From assembly GCA_038230115.1 (NCBI GenBank), contig JBBRNU010000070.1, positions 1 through 11,665 on the forward strand: a stretch of 11,665 nt of DNA. The letters are read 5' to 3'. Below, piece by piece: positions 5,867 through 11,665 of this stretch; position 1 is the first letter of the stretch; each line of letters starts with the position of its first letter. A program made the position numbers and the translations under genes. The notes beneath the pieces are model-generated. The model saw nothing but the letters and a program-made list of their open reading frames with translations. It did not search any database and had not been told where the DNA came from. Origin of the DNA: Chthonomonadales bacterium. Lineage in GTDB: Bacteria; Armatimonadota; Chthonomonadetes; Chthonomonadales; Chthonomonadaceae.

Positions 5867-6581
5867 CCCGTCCGCCAAAAACCGGGCGGCGCGACGCACG
5901 AAATCGGCCTTCACATTAGTTGAGCTACTAGTAGTTATTGCGTTGATTGCGACATTGGTCGCGATGCTGTTTCCGGTCTTCGGCGCGGCGCGCGGCAAGG
6001 CGCGGCAGGCGGTCTGCGCGTCGAATTTGCAGCAAATTGGCGTGGCAATCGCTTTGTACGCGCAGGATTATGACGACCGCTACCCCAACGGCGCGTCCGT
6101 TCCCGACAAGCATTCCTATACGTATGGCGTGGAATTGGAAGATCGGAACGATTTGGATTCGCTGCCGTCGCTGCAAGTCATTCTCGACGCTTATACGAAA
6201 AATCGCGTTATCTGGCGCTGCTCCTCCGATACCGGCTATGCCGATTTAGATTATCCCTATCTGGACAAAGACGCTAAATTCGACTCCCTGGCGGCAAGCC
6301 CTTCCGGGTATGAGCGCTACGGCACGTCCTATCTGTACCATGTCGCCCTGCCCCTGTTGCAGCTGCCCTACCCGGCCAATGGCTGTGGGCTAAATGACGT
6401 AGAGACCGGGCCGGGGCAGGTGGACATCGTATGGGACACAATCGGTTCTTGGCATGGCGGCGAAAAGCCGGTAGGAGGTCGCTACAACGCCCTGCGCGGC
6501 GACGGGCATATCATCGTTGAAAACACGGACGCCCGCTTATTCAGCCTTATTTTGGGACCGGCCCCCTGTGGCGGCGATTAA
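5805..6581 (+). CDS. Prepilin-type N-terminal cleavage/methylation domain protein with a DUF1559-like (H-X9-DG family) C-terminal region.
   Basis: KSA/FTLVELLVVIALIATLVAMLFP is the class III signal / pilin N-methylation motif. NLQQIGVAIALYAQDYDDRYP and the C-terminal WHGG...N.LRGDGHI resemble DUF1559. RBS AAGGTGG is 9 nt before ATG 5805. The gene overlaps the DUF1573 gene's 3' end by 62 nt. Confidence 0.8.
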   Translation: MQNRMQLSGFSWNTERLARIDPSAKNRAARRTKSAFTLVELLVVIALIATLVAMLFPVFGAARGKARQAVCASNLQQIGVAIALYAQDYDDRYPNGASVPDKHSYTYGVELEDRNDLDSLPSLQVILDAYTKNRVIWRCSSDTGYADLDYPYLDKDAKFDSLAASPSGYERYGTSYLYHVALPLLQLPYPANGCGLNDVETGPGQVDIVWDTIGSWHGGEKPVGGRYNALRGDGHIIVENTDARLFSLILGPAPCGGD

Positions 6582-6664
6582 TTTTTGAACCGCTGTTCCG
6601 ACGCTGTTGGCGGCCGTGTTCCTTTTGCCCTACAAAACGCAAGGCCAAAAACGTCATTGATTCG

Positions 6665-7288
6665 TCATTCGTCCAAATCCGCGTCCGCATTGGCACTGCG
6701 CTGACCGTCGGGCGGAAACTCCACGAGGGCGTACACGTCGGCGAGACGCAGCGTACAGTGAACCGCTTCCAGCGTCAACGCGCCATCCAATCCTGTAATC
6801 GCCTCGTACAACCAGACGCCGTTTGCCTGCCGCGTAAAAACTTCGATGCGGGGCCGATCCTGCGCTGCTAGAACGTAGGCGCTCAGCGAGTCGAGCGTCT
6901 GATAGCAGGCTAATTTCTCGCCCCTGTCCTTCGCTTCGGTGGAGTCGGAAAGCGTTTCGATAATGAGCGCGGGGTTGAGCTGCGAGCGCAGGCCAATCGC
7001 GTCCTCATACTGCGGTTCGCCGCACACCACGATGAGGTCAGGGTAATAATAGCGGTCGTAGGCAGGAACGCGCAAACGCAGGTCGCTCACAAACCCCCGA
7101 CACGGCGTTCCCTTCAACTGCGCGCCGATCTCCACCGCAAGGTTGAAAGTAATCGTGTTGTGCAGCGGGCTGGCCCCCGCCATCGCCACAAGGCAGCCCG
7201 CCTCATATTCGCTTTTCGTGTCGGCCTCGCGCTCGCATTCCAAATACTCCTGCGGCGAGACGTAAGAGGATTTCGGCAGTGCGGCCAT
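6665..7288 (-). CDS. Uma2-family (DUF820) PD-(D/E)XK putative endonuclease.
   Basis: SPQEYLECEREADTKSEYEAGCLVAMAGASPLHNTITFNL...YYPDLIVVCGEP matches Uma2 family motifs. RBS GGAGAGGG. Confidence 0.8.
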   Translation of the reverse strand: MAALPKSSYVSPQEYLECEREADTKSEYEAGCLVAMAGASPLHNTITFNLAVEIGAQLKGTPCRGFVSDLRLRVPAYDRYYYPDLIVVCGEPQYEDAIGLRSQLNPALIIETLSDSTEAKDRGEKLACYQTLDSLSAYVLAAQDRPRIEVFTRQANGVWLYEAITGLDGALTLEAVHCTLRLADVYALVEFPPDGQRSANADADLDE

Positions 7289-7488
7289 ATATTTCCCTCT
7301 CCGAATCTACAGCATCACCGAGTGACTACGCGCCGCCAACGACAACCGGAACGCCTGCCGCTGTCTAAGGTTGGGCTGCCGGGCATTGAAATTGAAATCG
7401 AAAAGTCAAAAACGTCCGGCAAGAAAGCGCCAGCGTCCTGTCGGACGCCACTCTTGTTGGTAAGCGAGACGCTCTTGTTTAGGTCTTT

Positions 7489-7512
7489 CCGTCTGCAAGA
7501 CGGTCATTTTTT
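7489..7512 (+). terminator. Plus-strand intrinsic terminator: GC-rich hairpin ccgtc-tgcaa-gacgg followed by tcaTTTTTT. A second GC hairpin, gccgg-N13-ccggc, follows at about 7516-7538.
   Basis: Stem plus a 6-T run is present on the plus strand only. On the minus strand the stem is followed by an A-rich run instead. Coordinates may be off by 1 nt. Confidence 0.45.
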
Positions 7513-7574
7513 CCTGCCGGACATTTTCAACGCCCGGCCAGAGCGTTCGCCGTAGGAACCTTCGCCGATCAAGA

Positions 7575-8585
7575 TTAGTCTCCGCCGCGCGCTTGCGGGC
7601 CGGTTTCGCTTTCGACAGGTTCGGATAGGAAGGGCGGCGCGCTCAGGGCGGCAGTCGGGCTGAAAACGGGCGCGCTCAGAGCCGCCTGAATGCCGTTGGC
7701 GGGGGCGGACAGGGCCGGACTGGAAACGCTTGTCCCGGCAGGCAGCGCGGACGGCATTTCTTTGTCCGTTAATTCCACCGCGTTCGCCGATACTGTCGCC
7801 GCTTTTTGCCGGTCTGCCGCGTCCGCGTTGGCATTCTTCGCCATCTCGACGAAGGGCGAAATGATGTCCATCGGGATCGGCAGAATCGTCATGCTGCTCC
7901 GCTCTGACGCGATCTCGCGCATGGACTGCAAATACCGCAGCTGCATCGCGGCGGGCTGCGAACTCATTACCTCGGCGGCCTGCGTCAGCCGCTCCGCCGC
8001 CAGATATTCGCCCTCGGCGTTGATGACTTTGGCGCGCTTCTCGCGCTCGGCCTCGGCCTGCGCCGCCATTGCCCGCTTCATGGTTTCGGGCAGCGACACG
8101 TCCCGCACCTCGACCGCCGTCACCTTCACGCCATACGGCTCGGTTTGCACGTCAATAACCGATTTCAGGTGATCGTTGATGCGCTCACGCTGCGACAACA
8201 GATCGTCCAATTCCGCCTGCCCGATGGTGCTGCGAAGCGTGGTTTGGGCGATCAGCGAGGTCGTCCGCATATAGTTTTCGATGGTCAGGATGGCGGCGCG
8301 CGGGTCGCTCACGCTGAACAAGACAATTGCGTCCACGGTCACGGGAACGTTGTCGCGCGTCATCATCTCCTGGCGCGGCACGTCCAGCGTCACGATGCGT
8401 GTATCCACGCGATAGGCGCGATCCAAACCCAGCGGCAGCAGGAAGACCGGCCCCGGCCCGCTCATGCGATGGAATTTGCCCAGACGCAGAATGACTGCGC
8501 GCTCCCAGTTCGACAGGATTTTGAACGTGCTGGTGACGAATGTTACCGCCAGCGCCGCCAGCAGCAACAGAAAAAATGGCCCCAT
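7575..8585 (-). CDS. SPFH/band-7 domain protein (stomatin/prohibitin-like) with a low-complexity Ala/Ser/Pro C-terminal tail.
   Basis: N-terminal TM, then ILSNWERAVILRLGKFHRMSGPGPVFLLP...RIVTLDVPRQEMMTRDNVPVTVDAIVLFSV...AEREKRAKVINAEGE is canonical SPFH. RBS AAAGGAG. Coordinates follow the ORF track. Confidence 0.9.
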   Translation of the reverse strand: MGPFFLLLLAALAVTFVTSTFKILSNWERAVILRLGKFHRMSGPGPVFLLPLGLDRAYRVDTRIVTLDVPRQEMMTRDNVPVTVDAIVLFSVSDPRAAILTIENYMRTTSLIAQTTLRSTIGQAELDDLLSQRERINDHLKSVIDVQTEPYGVKVTAVEVRDVSLPETMKRAMAAQAEAEREKRAKVINAEGEYLAAERLTQAAEVMSSQPAAMQLRYLQSMREIASERSSMTILPIPMDIISPFVEMAKNANADAADRQKAATVSANAVELTDKEMPSALPAGTSVSSPALSAPANGIQAALSAPVFSPTAALSAPPFLSEPVESETGPQARGGD

Positions 8586-8754
8586 TGTCGCGCTCCTTTC
8601 ACCCTCTTCGGGTTCCGTCTTGCGCCGATTGTTCTATGGTGTCGGTTTCGACCGCCCCGGCGCGCCTCAACAGCGTCGCGCGAGCGGCAAATGAAAACAG
8701 GGTCGGCCCGATTGCGCCGCGCCGGTCGGTAAAATCGAGGTCAGAAAGTCGAGG

Positions 8755-9252
8755 TCAGCGCGGCCGGTTCTTGATGATCCAGCGCTGCGCCCAGACGCCG
8801 TTGAGCAGGCCCATCGCCAGCCCGAAACAGGTCATCGCGGCCAGAAGCGAGGGCAGAACCAGGATCATCACCAGCCCGATGAGCAGACCCAGGAGCGGGC
8901 TGCCGTTTTGCAAACCGAGCAGAAAGCCGCTCAGGGGAACCGTCGCGAAGGCCACGCCGCAGCCATAGATGCACGCCGCGCCCCAGGGCAGACCGCGAAA
9001 CCGCCCCGCCAGAATCAGCCAGTACCATAAGCAGCCAAAGCCAATCGCCGCGCCGGGCAGCAGCGGCCAGAACAATTCCCATTGCATCGCCGTCCGCGTC
9101 CACTCGTGCGCGGCGGCCCACTCCGGGAAAATCGCCCCGATGCCGAAGAGGGCGAACAGGAACTTCAAGACCACGCCCGCCGCCAGTCCGTTGACAACTA
9201 TCATCGCCAGCAGGCTCAGGCTGTTGGGCCGAAACCGTCGAAAACCGCTCAT
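8755..9252 (-). CDS. Integral membrane protein (4 predicted TM helices) of unknown function.
   Basis: Hydrophobic segments throughout. RBS GGGAGG. It lies 36 nt downstream of the hemL stop and upstream of the SPFH gene, co-oriented with both. Confidence 0.55.
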   Translation of the reverse strand: MSGFRRFRPNSLSLLAMIVVNGLAAGVVLKFLFALFGIGAIFPEWAAAHEWTRTAMQWELFWPLLPGAAIGFGCLWYWLILAGRFRGLPWGAACIYGCGVAFATVPLSGFLLGLQNGSPLLGLLIGLVMILVLPSLLAAMTCFGLAMGLLNGVWAQRWIIKNRPR

Positions 9253-9288
9253 ATTTTACGCGCCTCCCGCGCCAACTCCTTCAACCGG

Positions 9289-10599
9289 CTAATCGCTCGC
9301 GGCCAGACGCGCGGCGACGAACGCGGCGCGGGCGGCTTTGAGCAGGTGCGCGATGTCGGCGTCCGTCATCACGCCCGAAAGAAACGCGGCCTCGAATTGC
9401 GACGGGGGCCAGTAGACGCCGCGCTCCAGCAGGCCGCGAAACCACGCGCCGAACTGCGTTGTGTTGGAGGATTTCGCCTCCCCGTAGTTGGTCACGCGCG
9501 GCAGGTCGGTGAAGAACGCTGTCACCATCGAGCCTGCCTGGTTGACGACGAGCGGTACGCCCGCGTTTCGCGCCGCCTCCTTCAGCCCCTCCGCCACCGT
9601 CGCGCCAATCGCGTCCAGCCGGGCGTACAGTTTTGGCCCGCCCTCACGCAGCAGTGTCAGCATGGTCAGGCCCGCCGTAACCGCGACCGGGTTGCCCGAA
9701 AGCGTTCCCGCCTGATAGACCGGGCCGACCGGAGCCACCGCATCCATCACGTCGGCCCGCCCGCCATACGCGCCCAGGGGCAGACCGCCGCCCGTGATTT
9801 TGCCTAATGTCGTCATGTCGGGCGTCACGCCGTAGCGCGCCTGCGCCCCGCCATAAGCCAGCCGAAACCCGGTCATCACCTCGTCAAAAATCAACAGCGC
9901 GCCGGATTGCGTCGTGAGTTCGCGCAGGGTTTCGAGAAAGCCCGGCTCCGGCGGCACGCAGCCCATGTTGCCCACGACCGGCTCGACGATCACGCAGGCC
10001 AATTCGTCGCCATAACGGGCGAAGGCCGCGCGCACCCCCTCCGGGTCGTTGTGCGGCAGTGTAATCGTGTCCCGTGTCCCGCCTTCGGGAACGCCCGCGC
10101 ATTCCGGCAGGCCCAGCGTGGCGACGCCCGACCCGGCTTTCGCGAGGAGAAAATCGGCGTGACCGTGATAGTTGCCCTCGAATTTGATAAATTTGTCGCG
10201 TTTCGTGAAGCCGCGCGCTACCCTGATCGCGCTCATCGTGGCTTCCGTGCCGGAAGAGACCAGCCGCACTTTTTCGACGGACGGAACCGCGTCGCACAGC
10301 GCCTCGGCCAGCTGCACTTCTAATCCGGTGGGAGCGCCGAATGTTGTGCCGCAGGTTAGCTGCCGCGTAATCGCCTCGACGATGCGCGGGTGGGCGTGAC
10401 CGAGCAGCAGCGGCCCCCACGACCCGATGCAGTCCAGATAAGCGTTGTCGTCGGCGTCGTACAGATACGCGCCCTCGCCGCGCGCGATGAAAAGCGGGTT
10501 GCCGCCGACCGCCCGAAATGCCCGCACCGGCGAATTGACGCCGCCCGGAATCACGCGGGTGGCGCGGGCGAACAGCGCCTGCGATTTTTCGATGTTCAT
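9289..10599 (-). CDS. hemL: Glutamate-1-semialdehyde 2,1-aminomutase.
   Basis: VIPGGVNSPVRAF, SWGPLLLGHAHP, FDEVMTGFR, TLGKITGGGLP (PLP lysine) and GTLSGNP motifs. The start at ATG 10599 (MNIEKSQALF) has an AGGAA RBS. The track ORF extends spuriously upstream to 10800. Confidence 0.95.
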   Translation of the reverse strand: MNIEKSQALFARATRVIPGGVNSPVRAFRAVGGNPLFIARGEGAYLYDADDNAYLDCIGSWGPLLLGHAHPRIVEAITRQLTCGTTFGAPTGLEVQLAEALCDAVPSVEKVRLVSSGTEATMSAIRVARGFTKRDKFIKFEGNYHGHADFLLAKAGSGVATLGLPECAGVPEGGTRDTITLPHNDPEGVRAAFARYGDELACVIVEPVVGNMGCVPPEPGFLETLRELTTQSGALLIFDEVMTGFRLAYGGAQARYGVTPDMTTLGKITGGGLPLGAYGGRADVMDAVAPVGPVYQAGTLSGNPVAVTAGLTMLTLLREGGPKLYARLDAIGATVAEGLKEAARNAGVPLVVNQAGSMVTAFFTDLPRVTNYGEAKSSNTTQFGAWFRGLLERGVYWPPSQFEAAFLSGVMTDADIAHLLKAARAAFVAARLAASD

Positions 10600-10684
10600 G
10601 CGGTTCCTGTATCCTCTGGGCTGCGCGCCGCGTCCAAATGGCGTCCCGCGTTGGTTTCCCGTCTTTCGTGTCGTCTCCTGACTG

Positions 10685-10714
10685 TATTGTACCGCGCGGA
10701 CGGGATTAGCGCAA
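10685..10714 (-). promoter_or_regulatory. Putative hemL promoter on the minus strand: TTGCGC-N18-TACAAT.
   Basis: Hexamers read on the reverse complement, about 85 nt upstream of the hemL ATG. Confidence 0.35.
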
Positions 10715-10982
10715 CTGAGAGGGCGGGGGTTTGAACCACAGAGACACCGAGGCGCAGAGAGGTCACAGAGAAATGCGAGCGAGGGAGGAAAGGGAGGCAT
10801 TCGCGAGGGGCGATTGGGGTGTCACAGCGGGCAGGTTTTTGCGTACTGAGGAGAGAATCAGAAAGAATGAGGACGGGAAGGAAATTGCGCGTCGAAATGC
10901 GCCTTTCGCTTCCGTTGCCGCCAATTCGTTTTCATTTTTATTGCGCGCCGGCAAGCCCGCCGCGCTCAGGAGACCTTCGATA

Positions 10983-11665
10983 ATGACCCGCAAACAAAAA
11001 ACCAGAGCGCTGCTGACGACCAGCCTGATTTGCCTGCTCGCCTGCGGGCAGGAGACGCGCGGCACGGCCCAGGACGCCGCCCTTCCCGACAATCGCCTGC
11101 CCGCCCCCCATCGCCTGACGGTCACGGGACAGGGCGAGGTTCGCATCAAGCCGGACAAGGCTGACATCACGCTCGGCGTCGTGACGGAAAATCGGTCGTC
11201 GCAGCAGGCCGCCCGCGCCAATGCCGACGCCTCGCAGAAGATGCAGGCCGCGATCCGACAATTGGGCGTCGCCGACGCCGACATCCAGACTGCGAACTAC
11301 AGCGTGCAGCCGCAGACGGAAGAACGACCGAACCGCCCGTCCGCGATTGTCGGCTACCGCGTGTACAACCAGGTGCGCGTGACGGTGCGCGATTTGAACA
11401 AGGTGGGCAGCGTGATTGACGCGGCTAGCGAAGCCGGGTCGAACACGATTGAAAGCATCGGGTTTGGGCGCGAAAACAGCGATGAGGCCGAAAACGAGGC
11501 GCTGGAAAAAGCGGTCGCCGACGCGCGCCGCAAGGCCGACCACATGGCGAAAGCCGCTGGCGTCGCCATTGTCGCCATCCTGGAAATGAACGAGGGCGGC
11601 GGTTATCGTCCCCAGCCAATGATGCTGGCCCGCGCCAAATTTGCGGACGCAGGCGCATCCACGCC
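10983..11665 (+). CDS. SIMPL-domain (DUF541, BP26/OMP28-like) lipoprotein. Its 3' end is truncated by the window edge.
   Basis: Signal MTRKQKTRALLTTSLICLLAC with lipobox LLAC. VTGQGEVRIKPDKADITLGVVTE...ANYSVQP...YRVYNQVRVTVRDL...AL.KAV.DAR.KA fits the SIMPL family. RBS AGGAGA is 9 nt upstream. It is absent from the ORF track because no stop falls in the window. Confidence 0.8.
   Translation, partial: MTRKQKTRALLTTSLICLLACGQETRGTAQDAALPDNRLPAPHRLTVTGQGEVRIKPDKADITLGVVTENRSSQQAARANADASQKMQAAIRQLGVADADIQTANYSVQPQTEERPNRPSAIVGYRVYNQVRVTVRDLNKVGSVIDAASEAGSNTIESIGFGRENSDEAENEALEKAVADARRKADHMAKAAGVAIVAILEMNEGGGYRPQPMMLARAKFADAGAST

Noticed and set aside
7160-7555. 131-aa plus-strand ORF spanning the Uma2 start and the upstream gap
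   Set aside because: Its first 130 nt are antisense to the Uma2 coding region. It has no RBS or family resemblance. The plus-strand terminator lies inside it, not after it.
7575-7625. Apparent 1-nt discrepancy (aggtttcgg vs expected aggttcgg) when hand-translating the SPFH 3' end from the printed sequence
   Set aside because: The ORF track gives a continuous 336-aa SPFH protein and is computed from the same sequence. This is most likely my hand-indexing error. It was not treated as a frameshift, and coordinates near here may be off by 1.
9082-9807. 241-aa plus-strand ORF antisense to hemL. Similar antisense ORFs at 9907..10323, 7690..8172, 8145..8732, 3695..4273, 5507..5998, 10938..11543
   Set aside because: All overlap strongly supported genes on the opposite strand and are Arg-rich or low-complexity with no motifs. 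They are classic GC-rich antisense artefacts.
10722-10746. tRNA-like T-loop motif (GGTTCAAACCC) on the minus strand
   Set aside because: The flanking sequence offers no acceptor stem, D-arm or anticodon-arm pairing and has no CCA context. It sits within the hemL promoter region and is an isolated chance match.
10773-10982. In-frame 70-aa N-terminal extension of the SIMPL lipoprotein ORF starting at ATG 10773
   Set aside because: The extension is low-complexity, a translation of the purine-rich tract. The canonical lipoprotein signal peptide with lipobox and a good RBS begins at ATG 10983. A signal peptide must be N-terminal.
1-11665. CRISPR arrays, rRNA or tRNA genes, IS elements or transposases, integrases
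   Set aside because: No short regularly spaced repeats were found, and no recognisable recombinase, transposase or RT ORFs. The only repeats are the 48-bp pair and small local duplications.

Overview
The window is 11.7 kb of a GC-rich bacterial genome with strongly mosaic GC content. Core-looking genes are about 65-72% GC by eye: a NatB-like ABC-2 permease, hemL, an SPFH/stomatin protein and a SIMPL lipoprotein. Interleaved accessory segments are about 48-57% GC. The gene content suggests a Gram-negative-type envelope and possibly a Planctomycetota, Verrucomicrobiota or Armatimonadota-like lineage, though that is a guess. The supporting genes are a prepilin-type/DUF1559 protein, DUF1573 proteins, a Uma2 endonuclease and a DUF4351 fragment.

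The 5' third (1-1900) is a toxin-antitoxin/defence-like islet: a FitB/VapC-type PIN toxin carrying a frameshift, then a tightly coupled DUF433-DUF5615 pair. The pair has its own extended -10 promoter and is bracketed by two about 48-bp imperfect direct repeats. A short DUF4351 ORF with an in-frame TAG follows. After the ABC-2 permease (no cognate ATPase nearby) comes a co-oriented envelope cluster at 3350-6581. It holds a three-repeat DUF1573 protein interrupted by an in-frame TAA, a small Cys-rich secreted protein, a TM-anchored HEAT-repeat protein, a second DUF1573 protein and an overlapping prepilin-type DUF1559 gene.

The minus strand carries a Uma2 endonuclease, an SPFH protein with an all-TM partner, and hemL. 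A partial SIMPL lipoprotein gene runs off the 3' end. An orphan plus-strand intrinsic terminator sits in a region where only minus-strand genes are called.

No rRNA, tRNA, CRISPR array or transposase was found. Three accessory genes are disrupted, each by a different lesion (frameshift, amber, ochre), while core genes are intact. That pattern is either real pseudogenisation or assembly error and should be checked in reads. All family assignments are from motif recognition by eye, not database searches.
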